Assembly: GCA_907165135.1 (NCBI GenBank)
Contig: OU015568.1
Span: 9,734,001-9,798,000, forward strand
Source: Oikopleura dioica
Taxonomy: Eukaryota; Animalia; Chordata
Reading direction: 5' to 3'
DNA: 64,000 nucleotides
The position numbers and the translations under genes are program-made. This document shows positions 10,801 to 22,345 of the stretch, piece by piece (position 1 is the stretch's first letter; every line of letters begins with the position of its first letter). The notes beneath the pieces were generated by a model. The model did not search any database and was not told where the DNA came from. It worked only from the letters and a program-made list of their open reading frames with translations.

Positions 10801-13800
10801 AAGGGCTTGACGGCCCTTCGGGCCGTCTCAGCCCCGTTCCATGATTTTTAAATTTAAGGGCTTGACGGCCCTTCGGGCCGTCTCAGCCCCGTTCCATGAT
10901 TTTTAAATTTAAGGGGCTTGACGGCCCTTCGGGCCGTCTCAGCCCCGTTCCATGATTTTTAAATTTAAGGGCTTGACGGCCCTTCGGGCCGTCTCAGCCC
11001 CGTTCCATGATTTTTAAATTTAAGGGGCTTGACGGCCCTTCGGGCCGTCTCAGCCCCGTTCCATGATTTTTAAATTTAAGGGGCTTGACGGCCCTTCGGG
11101 CCGTCTCAGCCCCGTTCCATGATTTTTAAATTTAAGGGCTTGACGGCCCTTCGGGCCGTCTCAGCCCCGTTCCATGATTTTTAAATTTAAGGGCTTGACG
11201 GCCCTTCGGGCCGTCTCAGCCCCGTTCCATGATTTTTAAATTTAAGGGCTTGACGGCCCTTCGGGCCGTCTCAGCCCCGTTCCATGATTTTTAAATTTAA
11301 GGGCTTGACGGCCCTTCGGGCCGTCTCAGCCCCGTTCCATGATTTTTAAATTTAAGGGCTTGACGGCCCTTCGGGCCGTCTCAGCCCCGTTCCATGATTT
11401 TTAAATTTAAGGGCTTGACGGCCCTTCGGGCCGTCTCAGCCCCGTTCCATGATTTTTAAATTTAAGGGGCTTGACGGCCCTTCGGGCCGTCTCAGCCCCG
11501 TTCCATGATTTTTAAATTTAAGGGCTTGACGGCCCTTCGGGCCGTCTCAGCCCCGTTCCATGATTTTTAAATTTAAGGGGCTTGACGGCCCTTCGGGCCG
11601 TCTCAGCCCCGTTCCATGATTTTTAAATTTAAGGGCTTGACGGCCCTTCGGGCCGTCTCAGCCCCGTTCCATGATTTTTAAATTTAAGGGCTTGACGGCC
11701 CTTCGGGCCGTCTCAGCCCCGTTCCATGATTTTTAAATTTAAGGGCTTGACGGCCCTTCGGGCCGTCTCAGCCCCGTTCCATGATTTTTAAATTTAAGGG
11801 CTTGACGGCCCTTCGGGCCGTCTCAGCCCCGTTCCATGATTTTTAAATTTAAGGGGCTTGACGGCCCTTCGGGCCGTCTCAGCCCCGTTCCATGATTTTT
11901 AAATTTAAGGGCTTGACGGCCCTTCGGGCCGTCTCAGCCCCGTTCCATGATTTTTAAATTTAAGGGCTTGACGGCCCTTCGGGCCGTCTCAGCCCCGTTC
12001 CATGATTTTTAAATTTAAGGGCTTGACGGCCCTTCGGGCCGTCTCAGCCCCGTTCCATGATTTTTAAATTTAAGGGGCTTGACGGCCCTTCGGGCCGTCT
12101 CAGCCCCGTTCCATGATTTTTAAATTTAAGGGGCTTGACGGCCCTTCGGGCCGTCTCAGCCCCGTTCCATGATTTTTAAATTTAAGGGCTTGACGGCCCT
12201 TCGGGCCGTCTCAGCCCCGTTCCATGATTTTTAAATTTAAGGGCTTGACGGCCCTTCGGGCCGTCTCAGCCCCGTTCCATGATTTTTAAATTTAAGGGCT
12301 TGACGGCCCTTCGGGCCGTCTCAGCCCCGTTCCATGATTTTTAAATTTAAGGGCTTGACGGCCCTTCGGGCCGTCTCAGCCCCGTTCCATGATTTTTAAA
12401 TTTAAGGGCTTGACGGCCCTTCGGGCCGTCTCAGCCCCGTTCCATGATTTTTAAATTTAAGGGCTTGACGGCCCTTCGGGCCGTCTCAGCCCCGTTCCAT
12501 GATTTTTAAATTTAAGGGGCTTGACGGCCCTTCGGGCCGTCTCAGCCCCGTTCCATGATTTTTAAATTTAAGGGGCTTGACGGCCCTTCGGGCCGTCTCA
12601 GCCCCGTTCCATGATTTTTAAATTTAAGGGCTTGACGGCCCTTCGGGCCGTCTCAGCCCCGTTCCATGATTTTTAAATTTAAGGGCTTGACGGCCCTTCG
12701 GGCCGTCTCAGCCCCGTTCCATGATTTTTAAATTTAAGGGGCTTGACGGCCCTTCGGGCCGTCTCAGCCCCGTTCCATGATTTTTAAATTTAAGGGGCTT
12801 GACGGCCCTTCGGGCCGTCTCAGCCCCGTTCCATGATTTTTAAATTTAAGGGGCTTGACGGCCCTTCGGGCCGTCTCAGCCCCGTTCCATGATTTTTAAA
12901 TTTAAGGGCTTGACGGCCCTTCGGGCCGTCTCAGCCCCGTTCCATGATTTTTAAATTTAAGGGGCTTGACGGCCCTTCGGGCCGTCTCAGCCCCGTTCCA
13001 TGATTTTTAAATTTAAGGGCTTGACGGCCCTTCGGGCCGTCTCAGCCCCGTTCCATGATTTTTAAATTTAAGGGGCTTGACGGCCCTTCGGGCCGTCTCA
13101 GCCCCGTTCCATGATTTTTAAATTTAAGGGCTTGACGGCCCTTCGGGCCGTCTCAGCCCCGTTCCATGATTTTTAAATTTAAGGGCTTGACGGCCCTTCG
13201 GGCCGTCTCAGCCCCGTTCCATGATTTTTAAATTTAAGGGGCTTGACGGCCCTTCGGGCCGTCTCAGCCCCGTTCCATGATTTTTAAATTTAAGGGCTTG
13301 ACGGCCCTTCGGGCCGTCTCAGCCCCGTTCCATGATTTTTAAATTTAAGGGCTTGACGGCCCTTCGGGCCGTCTCAGCCCCGTTCCATGATTTTTAAATT
13401 TAAGGGGCTTGACGGCCCTTCGGGCCGTCTCAGCCCCGTTCCATGATTTTTAAATTTAAGGGGCTTGACAATGGCTGGGAACTCCGAGGTGATCAATCTC
13501 AGTCCCCAACCCCGCCCACACCCATCGTTTTTAAAATTCAAATTGATCAAGTTTTCAATTATTTTATGGTTTTGAATATATTTTATCAATTTAAAGATTT
13601 TCTTTGATTATTATTTACAAATTATTATTATTTAATTTATTTATTATTAAAACAAAATCAAAGTTATAAAAATTGAAGGAAGAAGAAGTTTCTTAGGTCA
13701 ATTATTGAGAGAGGTGAATTGTGAAAAATGTTTCTAGACGGGGGGTTGTTGTTGTTCTTCGCGGAGGACCCACTCCCACGTGGCGCAAGATGCGCGCCAA

Positions 13801-14426
13801 AAAGAGCAAAAAGATTGGGACGAGAAAAACACGCGCAAATGCCCCAATCTATTTCGCTCTCCGTCGTGAAATCTCTCGCCCACGGTACTCAAATCGGCAA
13901 GATCAGAATAGCAAATTAATTAATACAAGCTTTTTCCTATGTCGTCTCTGATTCGGGCGCGCCCAAAATAATTTACTGAGTTCAATTAGGAATTTGTCAA
14001 GGTGACCTGAAATAGAATCGAGGAAAAATTGTTTTCTCCTCCATGTTCTCAAAAATGAACTATTAGAGTGTAAATTTTTAAAGATCTGTTGACGTAGTCC
14101 GATGAAGAAGCTCTTTACTTCTCCAATTTTCAGTCATCGACCTGCTAAATAATGCAAATGTAATTACCTGATCCAAATACTTTTGATCTTTTCTGTTAGC
14201 CTTGAAGTTCCACTTTCCAAAGCTCATTTTCTTGCTTTTCTTTTCAAGAATATCCTTAATTGCAGTTTCTCCGTTCTGCCTTGATTGCCGATTGTCGCTG
14301 CCTACTGTAGCAGAGCAATTAATATGTCATTTCATGGAATTAGTCTCAGGAGGCAATCCGTTTTAATCTTATATTTCCAATTTTCCATGATGAGGAATTA
14401 CCTTTTTCTGCTCGACCCCGTAGCAT
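7870..14426 (-). CDS. PRKG: cGMP-dependent protein kinase (PKG), divergent; 5' exons at ~14.06-14.43 kb tentative
   Basis: Coiled coil, two CNB domains ([14 protein letters not shown]; [14 protein letters not shown]), kinase ([28 protein letters not shown]) and C-terminal ESGWDEHF* (stop 7870). The exon at ~10340 starts at an acceptor, so upstream exons must lie beyond the 10383-13885 element. Confidence 0.88.
10383..13885. mobile_element. Non-autonomous Tc1/mariner-superfamily (Tc2/pogo-like) TIR element carrying a satellite array
   Basis: 27 bp TIRs CCGTGGGCGAGAGAT(A/T)TCACGACGGAG at 10383-10409 and 13859-13885 (1 mismatch), flanked by TA at 10381-82 and 13886-87; no transposase ORF. Confidence 0.85.
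10662..13469. repeat. Tandem array of ~50.7 copies of a 55/56 bp hairpin-forming unit
   Basis: Unit cagccccgttccatgatttttaaatttaaggg(g)cttgacggcccttcgggccgtct; 50 full units (18 with G4, the rest G3) plus a partial unit; no other variation seen. Confidence 0.98.
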
Positions 14427-14696
14427 CGTCAATTATCAGCGATAATCTATCGCAAACGTGTGCATCTGTAATAAACCTGCTCTATCGGAAACTCTTCTAG
14501 AGAAGAAATATACTGATGTTTCTGTTTTAAGATACAAGATTCCTCGATGAATATATTGGATAACGAAAGTTGCCGGTCCAATGCGTCCTTTTAAATATGC
14601 ATGATGAATATTTGTTATCGAAGATGCTATTATTTCTCACAATCAAGGAAGAGTAAGATTGTGAAATTATCATTTTTCGTTTTTATTCCGTTTTAT

Positions 14697-16959
14697 TCAC
14701 TCGTAATAACAGTTGAAGACGTCGAAGTAGCCGTCTTTGGCAGTTTTCTTGTTCAAGAATTTCGAAAATCGTAAGGTATCCGCATCGCGAAAAACTAACG
14801 ACAGCGAGTTTGCTTTTGGACACACTGTCAGTAGTTCCTCGTCTTCTCCTTTCGTAATATAGCTGACTGCACCGCCTTTCCCTACGTCCCAACCGTCTTG
14901 ATGCATTTCTAAACAGGACAACTAGCCAAGTTAATGACAAAATCGTTAGTTACCCGCAGATGCTTCTGAAAAGAAGTACATAAACATATCCAAACTGCCT
15001 CTTTCCTCCGTGTCAGCGTCATGCAAAAGCGTGTAGTTCCCGTGAGTCCACTTTCTAACTTGGCACCTGTACGCCCCTCCAGTAGGGGCCACTTCATCCT
15101 CTTCTTCTTCTTCCTCCTCGTCATCGACAGGAGCTTCCGGTGCAGCTTCAGTCCAGTCCAGTTAGACAGGAGCAGGAAGAAATGATCCGAAACAAGAAAT
15201 TTCATAAATTCTCCCAAAGCTGTCTTTTCTTCAAACATCTCTTTTTCGCCTAGTTCCAGCGTTAGTTTTCGCTGAAAAGGACCAGTTTCTTTGAAATCAC
15301 GGTTTTCCAAACACTCAAGAATCTCTTGATATTTTTGAGGGACCAAAATATCTTCGAGTTGAATTTCGGAGGTCTCTTCGAATTGGACCTTTAATTTTTG
15401 TTACTTCTTTTTGATCAAACACTTTCTCAAACCTGAATGTCGCCCATCGTATTGGGATCTAGGTAACGCATAGAAATCCATTCTTCTATTCTGTAATCGA
15501 CTGCATCGGGCAAGTTAAATTTCTTCAAGGTAAACTTTGGGGCGACGGGAACAACTCGCTCTCTTGGCGGAAGCGGGTCAGATGTGTGGAACCAGCCAGG
15601 GTGGCTATTTTGGATTTGGGGGTTAGTTGGAATTGGATTGGATCCAATCCAATAAAGTTTGGATGGAATTTGGATGGCCAGGGTACCGGATTTTGTTGGG
15701 GAAAATTGGGCAATTGGGGGAAATTGGGGAAATTGGATCCAATAAAAAATATATCTCTAAACTATGCAAAGTAGGGTCATTTTCATGATAAAAATGAACA
15801 ATCTCAGTTAAAAAAATCATTGTTTTGGCTCTGTTGATCCTCCTTTCGGAAAAAAACTTACTGTTTCATTTCTTTTCAAAGTACTAGAAGCCTTGGAAAA
15901 ATTGGAAACCCAATTGGATCCAATTGGAATTGGGGATTATTGGGGAATTGGGTAAAATTGGATTGGATTGGATTTTGGATGGATAGCTTCGACTCAAAAT
16001 TTATTGGATGGAAATTGGATGGCGAGACCCCGAAATTTTGTCCAAAATAGCCACCCTGGAACCAGCCACTGATGCTTTTTCGCACTTTAGAGCGGGAAGT
16101 CACTTCGCGTACTTGGTGAAATGAAGAATCCGTTACTTTGAAGAAGTTGAGGTAATTGCGGCGTGGCAACCATTCCTTATGCAGTCGCACAGGCTGACCC
16201 TGTTCATCGGAAACATAACTGTCGAAGAAACCACCGTCTTTCTCTACCCAGTCGTCGCTAAAACAACAATACATTAAGACACAAGTCTCAGGCAAAATCA
16301 ACCTGTTGAGATAATATACAAAGGCAACAACGCGATTTTCAAGGTCGTCCTCGTGAGGCAAGAGATGGTCCGTGTATTTGTACTCCGCGTAGAACATGCT
16401 CATATCGGTGATTTCATGCCCTGAAATAGCCGACATCAATGGCCACAAGTCCTTCATCAAGCCTCTGAAGCGAAAATTGAATGGTCAAGAAGAGCAGTGA
16501 TGCACAATACCTGAATTCAGACAGGCGTGGCAACTGATCAACCTCCGAAAGAGTCATCAACTCTTGACTTGAAAACGATTTCAGAAGAATCGAGATAAAA
16601 ATGATTGAATACCTTTGGCTAAATTGGTAGAGATCATTTTTCTTGAGCTTCAGTTCTAATTTCGCGCATTGATCTTCTAGCTCGCTGAGAGAAAAAGATG
16701 GCGAGCTCAGAAAATCGGAAAGCTGGCAAACTGGGAAGGGAGTGCTCTCGGCTGACAGCCAGTCGATTTCGTACTTGTCAAGCTCCCCTAAAACAGCTTT
16801 ACTCTTACCCATCAAAATTTAGCGACCTTGAAAGACTTGGCGAAGATACTCTGTTCTGGAGAGAAGTCCCTCTCTAGCTTGCAGTGGCTTTTTCGCGCGT
16901 TTCAAGTTCTCTTCCAACTCGTCCTCTTCTTCCTTCGTAACAACGCGTTTTTTACCCAT
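14697..16959 (-). CDS. OGFOD1: OGFOD1/Tpa1 ribosomal prolyl hydroxylase, interrupted by a MITE and an apparent frameshift
   Basis: LLPHEDDLENRVVAFVYYL, DWVEKDGG, SFHQVREV, RKSISGWF(H), LLLSNWTGLKLH, C-terminal EDEELLTVCPKANSLSLVFRD...YYE*. Confidence 0.9.
15597..16058. mobile_element. hAT-type MITE (462 bp) inserted in OGFOD1 coding sequence
   Basis: Perfect 18 bp TIRs CAGGGTGGCTATTTTGGA / TCCAAAATAGCCACCCTG; perfect 8 bp TSD GAACCAGC (15589-96, 16059-66); subterminal TTGGA/CCAAT repeats. Confidence 0.93.
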
Positions 16960-17057
16960 TAGACGCTGAGAAATTAACGATGAAGATATATTTTTAATTG
17001 CACTATTGGTTGGTTACAGAAAAAAGGAAGTGAAAGAAGATATCGTGAAAGAAAAAT

Positions 17058-17821
<764 letters not shown>

Positions 17822-18173
17822 CTGAGACATAGAATATCAGTGAGAGCTTTTTGAGCGATTGTTTTTTTAGTCAATCAAGATTAATTAGGTAGCGCGGAAT
17901 CATTTAATAAGGACATCTTTTCGAAAATGAGCGGATCTGTATATATATAAATTGCTTCAAGTGGTAATGAACTATTACGTAAAAGAGTTCTTTTTTTGTG
18001 AAGAAAGTGAAGCTGAACTTCTGAAGGGAATAGTAAAAATACTTTATAGGCACAATGAAATAAGAGCGAGATTAGAAATTGAAATTAGTTCATTTCAGAA
18101 AGTGATTCATCAACGGTTATCAGAATTATAATTTATATAAGAATCTTTAGTTCGGGAAACGGGAGGAGGCCGG

Positions 18174-21100
18174 TTACTGCGGAAAGACTTTGTGCTCCAG
18201 CAACTTGGGATAGATGTGTAACAGCGTCTGGACGATATTGTTGTGCGTCAGGATGTTCTCGAACGAGACAATTCCATCTGGATTGCCGATCAGCGTGGGA
18301 CCAAAGACTACGGCCAGGTTATGCTCTGCCATTCGGTTTCGAGAGCTTTCAGCAGCAACTTTTATTAGGGGTAATAATTAAAGTTCATTGAAATCAAGGA
18401 AGAGAACGTAAAATTTCGAAATACAAGTACTCGTGAATTTAATTTTTCCCCGTTCCCTTTACAAAAATGATTAAATAAAACTTTGATTGTCATTCTCGAA
18501 GGCTCATCAAGAGACTCCTTTATGAGGGATTTGAGTTCGGCGATGAGCCCGTCATCATCGTTGAAAAATGAAGGAATTTGGCACCATCTATTGTATTGAA
18601 TTCTCGTTTTGGGAGTGATCAGCGGCGTCGGCAGCTCACGGAAAAAGAGCTACATAAAAGTTGTTATTCTCTACAAAGGACGAAATCAATGAAGCGTCAA
18701 ATATTAGAATTTTAATGATAATTTGCCAGAATCGTATAATAATAAACTACCTTGAGGGTGCCACATAGGACATGAGTGTCATTTCCATATTTCCATTTTT
18801 CTGCATCGACTCCTTGATCCACCTGCATCCTTAGGGAATGTACAGTACTTTGATTTGCAGCGACACGATAAATGCCGTCTTGTGTGAGGTCAGTTTCAAT
18901 TCTTTCGATGCACCAATTCACGAAATGCGGAACCATCAGCTTGTCGCGAATGTAGAGATCGGCGAGAGTAGTTCCAAAGTAGTTTGTTTTGATTATTCCG
19001 TTTTTGACGAGTTTGTCTCTATTCGGGCGCCTTCGGAACCAGGAATCCCATGTACTCTGCTTTGCATTTTCTTCTTTATCGATGGACTTTCTTTTTGATC
19101 GCTGAAGAGTGACTTTTGAGAGCTCTTTTTGGATTTGTGCCGGGTCAGACTTCTTCACCGATCGCAGACGGAAGGTCGCTCTTTTTTGAGAGGCTTTCTA
19201 TTATAATTATTCAGAAAATTCCATCTAAGTCACGAGTACCTTATAGCTTGGCCCTTCAAATTGTGAGGCACGCATATGCAGATGATGAAACCAGTCATTA
19301 CTTTCACTCGAGTTAGAAAAGATCACGCCAAAATGCTCCTTTCTCGATTTGTCGATGATGTGACCAACGGGATCATCTTTCTTATATCTGAAAAAACTGT
19401 AAAGATCTTGGATTGAGAGAAGGCGGCTTACCTGTCAGAGTCTTGTCGCAACTCGCATTTGTGAAGTTTAATGGAGATCAGCGGTTCATCTGCTTTGCCG
19501 AACAAAATCGTGCCGTTGTTACTTCTTGGCGGAGCTTTTTTATGAATGAGAAATTGATCTCCGTAGATCATTCCCCAGCCAGAAATGAGCTTGCTTGCCT
19601 AAAAATATTCTATTTGTACAAAGAAATCCAACTGTGAACTACCTTTTTTGACCCTTCAAATTTGGCCCACTGGATGGATCCTTCTTTGAAAACAAGATTA
19701 ACTGGACTCGGCTCTTCAGCTTTCGGCGAAGGAAGTTCGGAGAGAAGCTGCGTAGACTTCTCGTTATAGTAGACAACATCTCCAGTTTGATTTTGATACT
19801 CTTCCAACCAAACCTCGCCAGATTGAACATTGACCCAGGCTTTTTTCGAATCTCGCACTTCAAAGCGGTATCCTTCTGGTCTTATATTCGATATTTCACC
19901 ACTGAAGACGTCACTTTCCGAGGTAGCAGAGGTCGTTCGCTGATGAACCTTTAGATCGGCTAGGAGATTTACTCGTTGCGACTTTTTACTCTCGTTTGCG
20001 CTTTTATAGACAGGATTAAAAAGACAAACGACTTATTACACTCAAAATTTTCATCCTTTTCTTGCCCGACGCTCTCTCAAAATCAGCGATCGCTTACTAA
20101 CTTTCGGGAGAATAGAAGTATCTGACTTCCTCGTTTCTCTTGTTTTCACTACTCTATTTCTAGCTCCTTTCTGCAACTGACTCTCTAATAGATTCCGGAA
20201 CTTTTCATTTTGCATTTTCGAAGATTTCAGTGTCAGGTTTTTGATGGTTTTAAGAATGAATAATTAATTGAAAAATGTTTCCGCTTCGGGCTGATCTAAT
20301 CATAGCCGCTCCTTTTCCGCGGGAGGTGCGATAAAATGCTCCTTCTTTCTGTCTGGCTAAAAGTGAGAGATAAAATGAAAGCTCGTCTGAATCTTGCGTC
20401 TTACCTTTACTGGGGCCGGCGCTTCGGCTAGCCTCTGACGCGTCCTTTTCGTCATCGACATTCCGCCCCTTGTTTTCTTTTTGGGACCGGAGCTATCAAT
20501 GTTCTCATCGTCAGTCACTGCTGGAGGCTCATAATAAAGCACATCTTCATAATCTGGTGAGATCGGACGCATTGGATCGGGCGTCGTACAGCGAATGTCC
20601 ATATCTGCGTACGGATCGTTTCGCGGTTTCAAAGCGCGATCGGGGACGACTGGCGTGACTCGTCCAGCGATACCGGACGGGAGGGCAGCTACACCGAGAG
20701 TTAGCGCGTTCGACATTTCGTCCAGGTGCTCTTGGGAGGTAGAAAGGGTAGAGGTACTCATGTCCACAAATGTCTTCGGATTGGGACTTGTCGAGCGGCG
20801 CTGATCATAGCTGACTTGATGAGGGGAAAGACTCGAGTTGAAAGATTCATGACCAGTTGGCGATGCGAGAGTAGCGCCGTCGATAAATGTTGACTGTGGA
20901 CGACGAGTTTGTTCTTTTCTGATCTTTCGGAGCTGTTTGTTAAAGTCTTGGAAAAATGATGAGTTCTTTAGAGAAAAGGAATAAATATAAATTTACCTGG
21001 ATGGTCTGAAGCTTCGACTTTGGGTCGATCGACGGGCTTTACGAATGTACTTGGGACATAAAAATGCTTCACGCCGGGATCCTAAAAATAACTCTGAATT

Positions 21101-21285
21101 GAGAAAAGAGGAACTTTACAAACCTCATCATAAGGGATGACATCCCACCAGTCATCGTTTGTCTTCTTGAGAAGAATGTATTTGTCGCCAGGCTTTATTC
21201 GGATCGTGCGTTTGGATCCGTTCGAGCTCTCAGCTTCATAAGTGTGGGCGTAATTCGCCTGTAGAACATGTCCGATATCATCCAT
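18174..21285 (-). CDS. ARHGAP12/27/15/9-family RhoGAP (SH3-WW-PH-RhoGAP)
   Basis: N-terminal SH3 (YILLKKTNDDWWDV), WW-like (KAWVNVQSGEVW), PH-like segment, RRRPNRDKLVKNGII, GAP core DGIYRVAAN ... NLAVVFGPTL. Confidence 0.88.
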
Positions 21286-21364
21286 AAGTCATATTCTAAA
21301 AATATCAATCAGAAATGAATATTGATGAGCTCGATCATTTTCAATAAATAACATGTACAGCCGA

Positions 21365-21801
21365 TTACTTCTTTTCGCCGAAAACGCCGCCTTGATTTTT
21401 CTTCAATAACAAATCCTTGGCCTCGTTGATCTAAGAATAATCCAATAAGAATCAATTGTTAGCGATTTTGAAGCATTGTTTACCTTGTTTGAAATATAAG
21501 GAGATCCTCCACGATCGGGATGATTAGCGAGCTGCAGAACTCGAGCGTGTTTGTTGATCTGATCTTTCTCGGCATCGAGCGGGCAGCCGAGGATTTTTAA
21601 CGCTTCGGCTTTGTCCATTTGCTCTTTGAAGCCACCGGCGTGCTCATGGCTCTGGACGAGTTTTGTGATGTTGTCCATCAAGCCTTTGCTATTGCCCATG
21701 TTTCTTGAGATGTTTTTCGCCGCATTTTCCATCTGCGCTACATTTTTGCTCTTGCTCAGCGCGATCAACCCACCTCCTATTGCAAGTAACGCGAATTCCA
21801 T
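21365..21801 (-). CDS. DNAJC19: Mitochondrial import motor J-protein (Pam18/Tim14)
   Basis: GGFKEQMDKAEALKILG...LANHPDRGGSPYISNK|INEAKDLL after a short GT-AG intron. Confidence 0.88.
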
Positions 21802-21890
21802 TCTAATTTGAATTCGGCGTTTTAGAAGAGATTTTTTATAGCATGAGAGGTAGTAGAACAGGCGTTTCCTTTATTAATAAATAGGGGAGC

Positions 21891-22275
21891 TTATGAAGAG
21901 CTTACAACAGTTTCAGCAGGTTTAGTCCCTTCTTCAAGCGCTTTTCGTAGAGCAATCTGAGCGTCCTGAAGAGCCTTGTTTTTCTCTCGCAGCTCGAGTT
22001 TTTCCCGATTTCGTTCAATATCGTTCAAGATGTTTTGCCTCCTCCTGAAAGCAAATTCAATCGAATTATTAATCAACTGTGAGGGAATGGAATCAATTTA
22101 ATCTATTCCATAATGAACTAATGAATCTCTGATCCGAATTAATCAAAGCAAATTGAAAAAAGAAAGGAAGAAATTACCGTTTGGCCTGAGACTGGTCGTA
22201 AATTTGGTTGTAGGCCATTCCCCCAGCAGCCCAAATACCAGTAATAACCAGCGCTATTTTCGATCTTGATGACAT
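21891..22275 (-). CDS. PET117: Cytochrome c oxidase assembly factor PET117-like
   Basis: Two exons: MSSRSKIALVITGIWAAGGMAYNQIYDQSQAKR|RRQNILNDIERNREK; short TM segment plus an R..I..D.ER motif. Confidence 0.65.
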
Positions 22276-22345
22276 CAGTTCTAAAAAATATCTTTATATA
22301 TTAAATATGCTACGAGTTTTCTCAGATTTCACAGAAAATGAGACA

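Noticed and set aside
10662-13469. CRISPR array
   Set aside because: The palindromic repeats have identical AT-rich linkers rather than unique spacers; there are no cas genes and the context is eukaryotic.
13374-13951. ORFs at 13374-13589, 13721-13951 and 13728-13919
   Set aside because: They lie in the satellite or the transposon arm and have no transposase motifs.
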